A DNA stretch of 61,057 nt, the filler included, from Deltaproteobacteria bacterium (GTDB lineage Bacteria > Myxococcota > JACRCW01), in the NCBI GenBank assembly GCA_016218805.1. It is 3 parts of 3 records of this genome, joined end to end, with 100 filler letters (N's around TTAATTAATTAA, not from the genome) between each part and the next. Parts side by side here need not be neighbours in the genome. Positions count along the whole stretch, not along the records: positions 28,180 to 51,680 come from JACRCW010000105.1; positions 51,781 to 61,057 come from JACRCW010000131.1; 1 more part is not named here. One strand, given 5' to 3'. The notes under the pieces were generated by a model that saw only the letters and a program-made list of their open reading frames with translations, had not been told where the DNA came from and made no database searches. Below, one piece after another: positions 42,543 to 51,910 of the stretch (position 1 is its first letter; each line of letters begins with the position of its first letter). A program made the translations under genes and the position numbers.

Positions 42543-44042
42543 ATGACCCGCGTTCTCGTCGTGGAGGACGACCCGCAGGTGGGTGACTTCATTGAGAAGA
42601 GCCTGCAGCGCCAGGGCTATGACGTCCCGGCGCGCGCCGCCACCGGTGACCAGGCCCTGGCGCTCGCGCGCGAGCACCTGCCCGACCTGGTGCTCATGGA
42701 CATTGGGCTCAAGGGCCCGGTGGACGGCATTGCCGCGGCCGAGCAGGTGCGCGACCAGCTGGGAATGCCCGTGGTGTTCCTCACCGCGTACACCGACGAG
42801 GTCTACATCCGCCGCGCCCGCGCCACCGACGCGTACGGCTATCTCATCAAGCCCTTCCACCCCCAGGAGCTGCGCACCGTCATTGAGTTTGCGCTGTACA
42901 AGCACGCCATCACGCGCCGCCTGGTGGAGCGGGAGCGCTTTGTGTCCACGGCGCTGCGCTCCATTGCGGACGCCGTCATTGCCCTGGACATGGACGGGCG
43001 CGTCACGCTGATGAACGCGGTGGCGGAGGCGCTGGCCGGCGTGGCAGAGGCGGACGCGCTGGGCCGCCCCGTCCGCGAGGTCTACCGCGCGCTGGACCCC
43101 GACACGCGGGCGCCCGCGCCGGTCCCCGGTCCCGCGCGCCTGGCGGACCTGCCGGAGCCCGCACTGCGCCTGCTGGTGTCCGCCTCTGGCGTGGAGATTC
43201 CCGTGGAGGAGAGCGTGAGCCCCATGGTGGATGACGCCGGCCGGGCCTGGGGCGCAGTGCTGGTGTTCCGGGACGTGACCGAGCGGCGCGCCCTGGAGCG
43301 CCGCCTGGGTATCAGTGAGCGGCTCGCGTCCCTGGGCACGCTGGCCGCCGGGTTCGCCCATGAGATCAACAACCCGCTGGCCTACGTGGTCACCAACCTG
43401 GACTACCTGCAGAAGGCGCTGGACGGGGTGGAGGCGGCCGTGGGCGCCGGCACCGCGTTCGCGGAGATCCACGCGGCGCTGCATGAGGCCCAGGAGGGCG
43501 CCGCGCGCGTCGGGCGCATTGTGGCGGACGTCAAGGGCCTGTCCCGCCCGCAGGGTGAGAACCGCGTCTGGCTGGACGTGCACCAGGTGCTGGAGGCGGC
43601 GGTGAAGATCACGCGGCACCTGTGGCCCTCGCGCGCCACCATTGTCCGCGAACTGGAACCGGTGGCGCCCGTGCAGGCCAACGAGGCGCGCCTGGGCCAG
43701 CTGTTTGTCCAGCTGCTGCTCAACGCGGCGCAGGCCATCCCCGGCCCCGGCGAAGCGCCCCGCATCCGCGTGGCCACGCGCCCGGCGGCGGACGGCCGCA
43801 TCCTGGTTGAGGTGGAGGACAACGGACCGGGCATTGCGCCGGAGGTGCTGGGCCGCGTGTTCGACCCGTTCTTCACCACGCGCCCCGTGGGCAGCGGGCC
43901 CGGGCTGGGGCTCTCCATCTGCCACCGCATCGTCACGGACCTGGGCGGCACCATCTCGCTGGACAGCGCGCCCGGACGCGGCACCCGCGTGCGCGTGGAA
44001 CTGCCGGCGTCCGCACCGCCGGACCCGGGTGCCCCCGCGTGA
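42543..44042 (+). CDS. Hybrid sensor kinase (receiver-PAS-HisKA-HATPase)
   Basis: VLVVEDD..LMDIGL..YLIKP; PAS (IADAVIALD...MNAVAE); AHEINNPL; EDNGPG, FDPFFTT, GLGL. Confidence 0.93.
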   Translation: MTRVLVVEDDPQVGDFIEKSLQRQGYDVPARAATGDQALALAREHLPDLVLMDIGLKGPVDGIAAAEQVRDQLGMPVVFLTAYTDEVYIRRARATDAYGYLIKPFHPQELRTVIEFALYKHAITRRLVERERFVSTALRSIADAVIALDMDGRVTLMNAVAEALAGVAEADALGRPVREVYRALDPDTRAPAPVPGPARLADLPEPALRLLVSASGVEIPVEESVSPMVDDAGRAWGAVLVFRDVTERRALERRLGISERLASLGTLAAGFAHEINNPLAYVVTNLDYLQKALDGVEAAVGAGTAFAEIHAALHEAQEGAARVGRIVADVKGLSRPQGENRVWLDVHQVLEAAVKITRHLWPSRATIVRELEPVAPVQANEARLGQLFVQLLLNAAQAIPGPGEAPRIRVATRPAADGRILVEVEDNGPGIAPEVLGRVFDPFFTTRPVGSGPGLGLSICHRIVTDLGGTISLDSAPGRGTRVRVELPASAPPDPGAPA

Positions 44043-44662
44043 CCGCCCGCCCGGCGGCTGGCGTCATCCTGTGCGGCGGCGCGTCGTCCCGCATGGGGAC
44101 GGCCAAAGCGCTGCTCCCGCTGGACGGCACCCCGCTGGTGGCGCACCTGGCGCGCGCCATGGCCGCCGCCGCGCTGGACCCCGTGGTGGCCGTGACCAGC
44201 GCGCTGGGCCCGCGCGCGGCGGAACTGCAGCCCCACGTGCCGCGCGTGCTGGTGGACGGCGCCGCGCCCGGCGCCAGCGGGCCGCTGCACGCGCTGGTGG
44301 CCGCGTGGGACGCGCTGGGGGATGACCGCGCGCTGGTGTGCTGGCCGGTGGACCAGCCGTGCGTCCCCCCCGCCGTGCTGGCGGACCTGGCGGGCGGCCC
44401 GGGGCCGTTCCGCCACCTGCCGGGTGACCCGCTGTGCGCGTGGGTGGACGGGAGCCTGGCCGCCGCCGCCCGTGACCTGCTCCGCCGCGGCCACACCGGG
44501 GTGCGCCGCCTGGCTCGCCTGGCCACGGCCACGCTTGTGCCGCGCACGCGCCTGCTGGCGCTGGACCCCGTGGGCGCCTGGAGCTGGCGCTGCAACACTC
44601 CGGAGGAATTCGCCCGGCTGCGGGCGCGGCGGCAGGAGTGCGCTATGAGAGGGGGAGCGTGA
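44039..44662 (+). CDS. MobA-like NTP transferase (molybdenum cofactor guanylyltransferase family)
   Basis: GVILCGGASSRMGTAKALL, GPL, VDQP, CNTPEE. Confidence 0.8.
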   Translation: MTARPAAGVILCGGASSRMGTAKALLPLDGTPLVAHLARAMAAAALDPVVAVTSALGPRAAELQPHVPRVLVDGAAPGASGPLHALVAAWDALGDDRALVCWPVDQPCVPPAVLADLAGGPGPFRHLPGDPLCAWVDGSLAAAARDLLRRGHTGVRRLARLATATLVPRTRLLALDPVGAWSWRCNTPEEFARLRARRQECAMRGGA

Positions 44663-45420
44663 TGAAGCTCTCCTCGTACGGCCTGTCTGACCTGGGCAAC
44701 AAGCGCCGCAACAATGAAGACCGGTTCCTCCGGGATGACCGGCGGGGCATCTACATCGTCTGTGACGGGATGGGCGGCGCTGCCGCCGGCGAGGTGGCCA
44801 GCGGCAACGGCGCGTCCATGGTGTATTCGGAACTGGTGGAGCAGGAGCAGGTCATTGAGTCCTTCCAGCAGCAGGCGGAGGACGCCGCGCTGCAGCTGTC
44901 CGTGGTGCTGGAGACCGCCATCCGCCACGCCAACGAACGCGTCTACGTGGAGGGCCAGCGCAACCCGGACCGCAAGGGCATGGGCACCACGCTCACCGCG
45001 CTGGTGGTGGGGGCGCACGCAGCCGTGGTGGCCCACGTGGGGGACAGCCGCTGTTACCACCTGCACCGCGGGCGCGTGGCCATGCTGACGGAGGACCACA
45101 CCTGGGTGGCTGACCAGGTCCGCAAGGGCAAGATGACGCCGGAGGAGGCCAAGACCAGCCGCAAGCAGAACCTCATCATGCGCGCCCTGGGCATCAACCG
45201 CGAGGTGAAGGTGGACACGCTCACCGTCGCCGTGGCCGCGGGGGACCGCTTCCTGCTGTGCTCGGACGGATTGCACGGCTACTTCAAGGGGGACGAGGAG
45301 GCCGGCGCCATCCTGGGCCGCAAGGTGCCGCTGCAGCGCGTGGGCCTGGAGTGCATCGCCATCGCCCGGGACCGCGGCGGCAAGGACAACGTCACCGCCA
45401 TCGTCGTGGAGGCCGCCTGA
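44662..45420 (+). CDS. PP2C-family Ser/Thr protein phosphatase
   Basis: RRNNED, VCDGMGG, GMGTT, HVGDSR, LCSDGL, GGKDNVT. Confidence 0.95.
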   Translation: MKLSSYGLSDLGNKRRNNEDRFLRDDRRGIYIVCDGMGGAAAGEVASGNGASMVYSELVEQEQVIESFQQQAEDAALQLSVVLETAIRHANERVYVEGQRNPDRKGMGTTLTALVVGAHAAVVAHVGDSRCYHLHRGRVAMLTEDHTWVADQVRKGKMTPEEAKTSRKQNLIMRALGINREVKVDTLTVAVAAGDRFLLCSDGLHGYFKGDEEAGAILGRKVPLQRVGLECIAIARDRGGKDNVTAIVVEAA

Positions 45421-45536
45421 CGCAGGCCAGGCGCCGTGCTGGGGGTGCGCCCCGCGCGCGGTTGCGATAGGGTCAGGAGTCCGTTTTTCCAACGTGGCGC
45501 GGCCCCCGGGATCGCGCCCGGCGAGGTCGTTGAGCC

Positions 45537-46427
45537 ATGACCATCCACGGCGGCGGCAAGCTCCCCCAGCAACACACCCAGGCCCACGGCACGGAACGCC
45601 CGCGGCGCGCGGCGGACAAGCGCCTTGCCGCCGAGCAGGGCGCCGCCCAGCCCGCCAAGGCGGCGCCGAAGCAGGACGTGTTTGAGACCGGGTTTGGCGC
45701 GCCCATGCACACGCCCGCGCGCGGTATCCCCGCCACCACCGCCACGGCGGCGGCGCAGGCCGCGGGCATCAAGCTGGAGGACGTGCTGGGCACTCCCAGC
45801 CAGATCAAGCAGATGGCGGAGGCCATCGGCGCCCACGCGCGGCGGCTGGCCGGCGAGTTTGACGGACTGCGCACCGAGGCGCAGCAGGTGGTCAACGGCC
45901 TGGCCGGGCAGGGGTTTGCGCCGGGCGCGGTGGCCGAAACCCGCGACCAGCTGGGCGAGCTGCGCCGCCAGATGGCGCACCTGCGCGGCCGTATTGCCGC
46001 TGACGGACGGCGCCTCAAGCTGCTGAAGGCCGCCGCCGGCAAGCTGGGGGACACCAAGCTGTCTGAAAAGGTCTCCGGTCAGCTCAAGAAGCTGGACGAG
46101 ATGGAGCGCGGCTGGGGTCGCGCGTTCCTGGCCCTGGGCATTGCCGGCACGCTGTCCCACAGCGTGGATGAGGGCCCCGGGGCGCACCGCGTTGCGCTGG
46201 GCGCCGGCGCCGGCGTGGACCGGCACGCGCTGGGCTCCTACGTGGCCCAGGCCGCCCCCGGTTCCGCCGCCAGCCAGCTGCTGGTGGCGCTGCTGGAAGA
46301 AGGCCCCCATGCCCCCCCGGGCCGCCTGATTGCCGAGGCGTACGCCGAGCTGCACGCCGATGTGATGGCCGGCCGGTTGGGCAAGGCCCTGCAGGGTCTC
46401 GGCCTGTGGCGCCAGGCCATGACCTGA
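45537..46427 (+). CDS. Hypothetical helical protein with a low-complexity N-terminus and a WXG100-like helical hairpin
   Basis: 296 aa, GC3-rich; two ~40-aa amphipathic helices joined by GLAGQGFAPG; fold call is tentative. Confidence 0.7.
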   Translation: MTIHGGGKLPQQHTQAHGTERPRRAADKRLAAEQGAAQPAKAAPKQDVFETGFGAPMHTPARGIPATTATAAAQAAGIKLEDVLGTPSQIKQMAEAIGAHARRLAGEFDGLRTEAQQVVNGLAGQGFAPGAVAETRDQLGELRRQMAHLRGRIAADGRRLKLLKAAAGKLGDTKLSEKVSGQLKKLDEMERGWGRAFLALGIAGTLSHSVDEGPGAHRVALGAGAGVDRHALGSYVAQAAPGSAASQLLVALLEEGPHAPPGRLIAEAYAELHADVMAGRLGKALQGLGLWRQAMT

Positions 46428-46488
46428 CCGTTTCTCCCGACGACGCCCCCTCGTCCGCCGCTCCCTCCCAGGCCCCCCGACGCGCCAG

Positions 46489-47694
46489 ATGAGCCACCTC
46501 CTGCTCACGGACGACGAGATCGCCCTCCTGCGCTGGACGTGTGAGCTGTTCTTTGTCCCGGAGAGCCCGGTGGCGTTTGTGGACGCGGAACAGCGCGAGC
46601 CGCGGGACTTTGCCGCCAGCTACCGGGAACTGGTGGGCAAGGGCATCCTGGATGACGCGCGCTTCCGCCTGACGGACATTGCGCTCAACCGCCTGGCCCC
46701 GCTGACCGAGTGCGACGCGCGCGTCACCATGACCCTGCCGGGGGACCGCGGCGGCCGGGCCCGCACGCGTGACTACTACCTGCTCGACGAGATCTCCGTG
46801 GAGTACGAGGAGGTGGAGGGCAGCCACACCGTCGGCCCGGACCAGGACCACCAGGAAATGGTGGGCTCGCTCATCCGGCGCTTCACACCGCGCCGTTCCT
46901 CGGGTGATTTTGTCCACTTCAAGGTGACACCGGCGGAGTTTCTCACCCTGGCCGTGCTGTGCCACCGCGCGCGCCAGGGCACCACCGCGGTGCCGCCAGA
47001 CGTGGTGCTCTCAGAGCTGCGCCCCGCCCTGGCCGAGGGCCGGGCGGACACGCTGGCCCCGCCGCGCAAGCGCCCGCGCGAGCAGGTGGAGCACGCCCCC
47101 ATGCGCCACAAGGCGGCGGGCGTGCTGGCGGCGGCGGCGGCGGACCCCAGCCCCGCGCGTGACGTCACGGCGCGCGCGCTGGACCCGGTCAACCAGGAGG
47201 CCACCCAGGTCATGCGCGGCAAGCCGCCGGGCGTGGCGCGGATGAACGCGGCCCAGGCCATGGAGGAGGCGGACACGCTGGTGGGCGTGCGCGCCGGCCG
47301 CAACCGCGCGCGCAGCCGCACCGTGGACGGCCCCGAGCCGGCCGACGAAGCGCTGGCCGGCCTGCTGCAAAAGGGCCTGGTCACCCAGGGTGAGAAGGGC
47401 GTGGAACTTCGCCCCGCCGTGCGCACCCTGGCGCTGGGACTGTCAGAAAAGAACCGCCACTCGTTTGTGCGGTTTGATTTTTCCGACGACGAATGGCTGG
47501 TGCGCGAGACCAGCTTCCTGGCTGCCGACGGCACCCTGTACGGCGTGGGCGCCGAGCCCGACGGCCTCATCCACCTCATGGAACTGGACGGCCGCCGCCT
47601 GGAGTCCTGGCTCACCCGCGCCGTGGGCCCGCTGCCCGGCGCTGACGAGGGCGCTGCGGGCAAGAGCGCCAAGGACTTCCTGCTGCGCGCCTGA
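46489..47694 (+). CDS. Hypothetical protein with an internal two-fold pattern, possibly EspG-like
   Basis: 401 aa; LLLTDDEIALL...ELVGKGIL repeated as FKVTPAEFLTL...GLLQKGLV; fold call is tentative. Confidence 0.7.
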   Translation: MSHLLLTDDEIALLRWTCELFFVPESPVAFVDAEQREPRDFAASYRELVGKGILDDARFRLTDIALNRLAPLTECDARVTMTLPGDRGGRARTRDYYLLDEISVEYEEVEGSHTVGPDQDHQEMVGSLIRRFTPRRSSGDFVHFKVTPAEFLTLAVLCHRARQGTTAVPPDVVLSELRPALAEGRADTLAPPRKRPREQVEHAPMRHKAAGVLAAAAADPSPARDVTARALDPVNQEATQVMRGKPPGVARMNAAQAMEEADTLVGVRAGRNRARSRTVDGPEPADEALAGLLQKGLVTQGEKGVELRPAVRTLALGLSEKNRHSFVRFDFSDDEWLVRETSFLAADGTLYGVGAEPDGLIHLMELDGRRLESWLTRAVGPLPGADEGAAGKSAKDFLLRA

Positions 47695-47735
47695 CCGCCC
47701 GGCGCTCCACCCCTGCCCGCGTTACAACGCCTCCC

Positions 47736-48800
47736 ATGGACAGTGTTCAACGGCGTGGGCGCCCCTCCCCGTGGGCGGCGCTGGGACTGGCCGCGCTCGC
47801 CGGCGCCTGCGGGCGCGTGTCCTTCATCGGGGACGGCCAGGTGGGCGACGCGGGTACCTTGACCGCGCCGTCCTCGTCATCCTCGTCGGGCGGGGGCACA
47901 TCGTCATCATCATTATCATCATCATCTTCGTCCGGAGGCGGCGCCAGCAGCAGCGGCGGGCCCGGCTGCACGCTGGGCCCGGCGCCCGTGTTCGCGGTGA
48001 TCCAGCAGGACGTCGTGACGGGGGCGTTTGCCAACGGGGCCGGCGGGTGGAACACGCAGTCCTGCAATACCTGCCACGAAGGCGCCGGCACCGCCGCGGG
48101 ACCCGCGTTCAACCCCCAGAGGCCCGCGCCCGTGGCCAACCCCGCAGGCGCCGCCGCGTCGCTCACGTACTACTGCCAGTCCGTGGACGGCGCCCCACTG
48201 GAGACCGTGCGGCGGGATGCCGGCTACACCCGCCTGCGCCTGGTCTGCCCGCTGTTCTCGTCGGACAGCACCCCGGCGGGGGACCCCTGCTACCACGGTG
48301 TGGGACCGCACAACGCCACCACGCTCACGGATTACCAAGCCCTGCTGGCCCCCTGCACCCGCGCCCTGGACCGCTACCGGGCGGACCGCAGCGCCTGGCT
48401 GGACGGCGGCTCTGCGCCCCCGTGTGACGCAGGCACCCCCGGCCCCGTTGAGCCCGGCTGCCCACGCGCCGGCCTGGACCCCGCGTGGACGGCCGCCTGG
48501 AACAAGCTGGACCAGAACTGTACCGGCTGCCACGGCCCCAACGGCTTCAACCCGGACGCGCGCTGCTTTCTCATGCAGGACGCGGACAGCACCCACGCGC
48601 TCATGTGCGGCTACGCCCGCCAGGATGACGGGCGCCTCCTCCCCAACGCGTACGCCACCACCCGCCTGGCGCGCGCGCTCCACGCGGAGAACCGCCGCTA
48701 TGCCTGCACCACCACCGCCCCGCTGGAGCACCAGAGCTTCCTGGGGACGGCCGAACCCGACCTCCAGGCCTGGTACGAGGCGCTGTTCACTGCGCCGTGA
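47736..48800 (+). CDS. Putative di-heme c-type cytochrome lipoprotein
   Basis: LAGAC lipobox, Ser-rich linker, CNTCH and CTGCH heme-binding motifs, many additional Cys. Confidence 0.7.
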   Translation: MDSVQRRGRPSPWAALGLAALAGACGRVSFIGDGQVGDAGTLTAPSSSSSSGGGTSSSSLSSSSSSGGGASSSGGPGCTLGPAPVFAVIQQDVVTGAFANGAGGWNTQSCNTCHEGAGTAAGPAFNPQRPAPVANPAGAAASLTYYCQSVDGAPLETVRRDAGYTRLRLVCPLFSSDSTPAGDPCYHGVGPHNATTLTDYQALLAPCTRALDRYRADRSAWLDGGSAPPCDAGTPGPVEPGCPRAGLDPAWTAAWNKLDQNCTGCHGPNGFNPDARCFLMQDADSTHALMCGYARQDDGRLLPNAYATTRLARALHAENRRYACTTTAPLEHQSFLGTAEPDLQAWYEALFTAP

Positions 48801-48925
48801 CCGCCGTCACGCCGTCACGGGGGCTGCATCCTCCCGAAGGCGGAGGTAGGGGCGTGTAGGAGGCGTATGATGCGCGCATTCGGGTGACGACGGGGGGTGA
48901 TCCCCGTTGGAAGGGGTTGAGCGGG

Positions 48926-50191
48926 ATGAGCCAGGTCTCCGTGGACCGCAAGCCGTTGGGGTGGTGGCTGCTGCACGAGCGGGTGCTGGACGTGAAGAGC
49001 CTGGAGTCCGCGCTGGAGGACCAGCGGGCGCAGGGCGGGCGGCTGGGGGACGTGCTGGTGGCCAGCGGGCGGGTGCGCAAGGCGGACCTGTTCCGGTGCC
49101 TGGCGCTGCAGGTGGGGTTGCCGTTTGTGTCGCTGCACGGGACGCCGCCGGCGCGGCAGGCGCTGGACCTGCTGACGGCGGCCGAGGCGCGTGAGCTGCG
49201 GGTCATCCCACTGGCGTTCCGCCACGAGGACGGCGAGAAGGTGCTGCGCGTGGCGGTGGGGCCGCCCGAGCGCCGCTACCTGGCGCGCCGGCTGGAGGAC
49301 CGAACCCACATGCGCGTGGACGCGGTGCTGTGTGACCCGGCGGAACTGGCGGGCGCGCTGGAGTTCTATGAATCGTTGGGGACGCCCATGATGCGCCCGG
49401 TCAACGACGACGCGCCGGCCGACGAACCCGCGTTCCTGCCCGAGGAGGTGCCGGCGGCGGACCCGCACATCCAGGCGCTGGTGGACGCGGACCTGGCGGC
49501 CATGGAGGGTGTGGCGGATGCCCAGGCGCTGCAGCGCGCGCTGGAGGCCAGCGAGGTGCTGGACCTGGAAGCCGCGGGCGCCGTGGAGGACCTGGAGGAC
49601 CTTCCGTCGTCGCCCCCGCCGGTCTCGGCCCCGTCCGAGGAGACCACGGCAGGCGCCGACGCCGCGACGACGCTGCTTGCCCTGCAGGAGCGCGTGCACG
49701 CCCTGGAGAGCGAGGTCCACCACCTGCGGGCGGAGGCCGAGGCGGCGGTGACCCTGCGCGGACGGCTCTCACTCGTGGAGGCGCAGCTGGAGCACCTGCT
49801 GGTCCGCCTGCAGCCGCCGGAACCCGCCCACACGGAAATCGGCGTGCTGCTGGAAGAGCTGCAAGGCGCGGACGTCACGCCCCCGGACGGTGTCCCCGCC
49901 GTGGGGCCCGGGCGGCCTGAGCCCGTTGCGCTGCCGCAGCTGGCCGTGCCCTTCACCGCGGAGCCGGCCCCCGAGCCCTCCCGGACCACCACGGATGAGC
50001 TGGCCCTGCTGCTGGAACTGGCCGCGGAGCCCGGCCCCGCCAGCCTGGACGCCGTGGTGCCTGAGCCCCCGGGCGTGCCCGCCACGCCGCCGCCGCTGCC
50101 GCGGCGCCGCTCCACGCCGTTTGCCGCCCTCATTGCGGAGGCCGCCGCCGTGCCGCCCCCCGCCGGCCCCACAGACGAACTGTCCGCCTGA
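48926..50191 (+). CDS. MshEN (GspE/PilB N-terminal) domain protein with no ATPase domain
   Basis: KPLGWWLL...LESALEDQ-RAQGG-RLGDVLVASG...LFRCLALQ..LPFV tandem motif, then acidic/Pro-rich and coiled-coil regions. Confidence 0.8.
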   Translation: MSQVSVDRKPLGWWLLHERVLDVKSLESALEDQRAQGGRLGDVLVASGRVRKADLFRCLALQVGLPFVSLHGTPPARQALDLLTAAEARELRVIPLAFRHEDGEKVLRVAVGPPERRYLARRLEDRTHMRVDAVLCDPAELAGALEFYESLGTPMMRPVNDDAPADEPAFLPEEVPAADPHIQALVDADLAAMEGVADAQALQRALEASEVLDLEAAGAVEDLEDLPSSPPPVSAPSEETTAGADAATTLLALQERVHALESEVHHLRAEAEAAVTLRGRLSLVEAQLEHLLVRLQPPEPAHTEIGVLLEELQGADVTPPDGVPAVGPGRPEPVALPQLAVPFTAEPAPEPSRTTTDELALLLELAAEPGPASLDAVVPEPPGVPATPPPLPRRRSTPFAALIAEAAAVPPPAGPTDELSA

Positions 50192-50309
50192 AGCCCGGCG
50201 GCACCGCGCGCACCCTCGACACGCGCGCCGCCCCGGTGGAACAACCCTCCCCCCGTGACAACCTGCGACCCGCCGCGCCCCTCCGGGCGCGCCCATCCCC
50301 GGTGCACCC

Positions 50310-51107
50310 ATGCTCAACCCGCGTCACTTCCTTGCCGACCTGGACGCCGGCATCCTCACCCTCACGCTCAACCGCCCGGACAAGCTCAACGCGCTGACGT
50401 TTGAGGTCTACGCGGAGCTGCGGGACACCTTCCTGGCCCTGGAGCGGGACCGCGAAGTGAAAGTGGTCATCCTCACCGGCGCGGGCCGCGGTTTCTGCTC
50501 GGGTGGAGACGTCACGGACATCATTGGCGAGCTGGTCCGGCGGGAACCGGCGGAGGTCCTGGACTTTGCGCGGATGACCTGTGACGTCATCCGCGCCATG
50601 CGCGCGCTGCGCCGGCCCGTCATTGCCGCCATTAACGGCGTGGCCGCGGGGGCCGGCGCGGTGCTGGCGCTGGCCAGTGACTTCCGCATCATGGCAGAGG
50701 GTGCGCGGTTTGCGTTCCTGTTCACCAAGGTGGGGCTGGCCGGCAGTGACATGGGGGCCAGCTTCCTGCTGCCGCGCGTGGTGGGGCTGGGGCGCGCCAC
50801 GGAAATGCTCATGCTGGGTGAACCGGTGCCCGCGGAGCAGGCGCTGGCGGCCGGCCTGTGCACGCGCGTGGTCCCCGCCGGTGAGCTGCTGACCGCCGCG
50901 CGGGACGTGGCGCGCCGCCTGGCGGCCGGCCCGGGGCTGGCCCTGGGGGTGACCAAGGAGATGCTCAACGCCACGCTGTCCATGTCCCTGCATGACGCGC
51001 TGGACGAGGAGGCGCGAGCCCAGGCGCTGTGCATGACCATGGGTGATTTCCGGGAGTTTTCACGCGCGTTTGAGGAGAAGCGCGCCCCGGTGTTCCGCGG
51101 CCGCTGA
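50310..51107 (+). CDS. Enoyl-CoA hydratase/isomerase family protein
   Basis: LTLNRPDKLNAL, GFCSGGD, IAAINGVAAGAG, FEEKRAPVFRGR. Confidence 0.93.
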   Translation: MLNPRHFLADLDAGILTLTLNRPDKLNALTFEVYAELRDTFLALERDREVKVVILTGAGRGFCSGGDVTDIIGELVRREPAEVLDFARMTCDVIRAMRALRRPVIAAINGVAAGAGAVLALASDFRIMAEGARFAFLFTKVGLAGSDMGASFLLPRVVGLGRATEMLMLGEPVPAEQALAAGLCTRVVPAGELLTAARDVARRLAAGPGLALGVTKEMLNATLSMSLHDALDEEARAQALCMTMGDFREFSRAFEEKRAPVFRGR

Positions 51108-51120
51108 CCGCGGAAAAGCA

Positions 51121-51169
51121 ACAACCCGGAAACCCGTGGACCCCTCCGGTCCAAAGGCCTCCGGGTTGT
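51121..51169. terminator. Stem-loop between convergent genes, candidate bidirectional terminator
   Basis: ACAACCCGGA (51121-30) pairs with TCCGGGTTGT (51160-69); inner stem TGGACC/GGTCCA. Confidence 0.55.
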
Positions 51170-51212
51170 CCCGTCCGGCGGCCGTGAGCCGCGGACGGTC
51201 AGGCGACGCTCT

Positions 51213-51557
51213 TCAGCGACGGCCCTTCTTGCCCTTCTTGGCCGGCTTCTTGGCCGCCTTCTTCTTCCCGCCCTTGGTCTTCTTGGCGGCCTTCTTGGTC
51301 TTCTTGGCGGCCGCCTTCTTCTTGCGGGCTGCGCCACCGCGGCTCATCGGCACGCGGGACACGTCCCCGTTCTTGTCGATGTAGTACAGGTAGCCTTCCT
51401 CACGGCTCACACCCGTCTTGGCGACGGTCTCGGGCGGCCCCTTCTTCTTCTCGCCGCCGCGCACCATCTTGGCGCGGGAGATGTTTCCCTTCTTGTCCAG
51501 GTAGTACAGCCAGCCCGGCTCGCGCGAAACGCCTGCCTCGGCAACCTTCTCAGCCAT
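51213..51557 (-). CDS. Small basic protein with a duplicated ~33-aa module and a Lys/Ala-rich H1-like tail
   Basis: GGAGAGGG SD; EKVAEAGVSREPGWLYYLDKKGNISRAKMVRGG / ETVAKTGVSREEGYLYYIDKNGDVSRVPMSRGG; tail KKKAAAKKTKKAAKK...KKPAKK. Confidence 0.85.
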   Translation of the reverse strand: MAEKVAEAGVSREPGWLYYLDKKGNISRAKMVRGGEKKKGPPETVAKTGVSREEGYLYYIDKNGDVSRVPMSRGGAARKKKAAAKKTKKAAKKTKGGKKKAAKKPAKKGKKGRR

Positions 51558-51680
51558 TTGCCCTCTCCCTTCGTGTCGTCGGTTGAGTGTGTTCAACCAG
51601 TCCGAATGCCGACGTTGTGTCGGCGTGCAGTGCGCGTTCTATAGACGATGACGATCCGCTTGCCAACGGTTTTCTGCATC

Positions 51681-51780
51681 NNNNNNNNNNNNNNNNNNNN
51701 NNNNNNNNNNNNNNNNNNNNNNNNTTAATTAATTAANNNNNNNNNNNNNNNNNNNNNNNNNNNNNNNNNNNNNNNNNNNN
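51681..51780. other. Artificial contig linker
   Basis: N44-TTAATTAATTAA-N44. Confidence 0.97.
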
Positions 51781-51910
51781 ACCGCTCCCCTGAGTACCCC
51801 CCCCCCCGGTCTGGACCTGCCTCCACCGCTCCCGGGAGCACCCCCCCCCAGGTCTGAACCTGCCTCCACCGCTGCCGGGAGTACCCCCCCCAGGTCTGGA
51901 CCTGCCCCGC
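51781..51910. repeat. Tandem repeat of ~42-44 bp with a variable poly-C tract, truncated at the contig start
   Basis: Three units starting at 51781, 51825 and 51868: ACCGCT.CC.GAG.A(C)n.GGTCTG.ACCTGCC.CC with C-runs of 11, 9 and 8. Confidence 0.9.
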
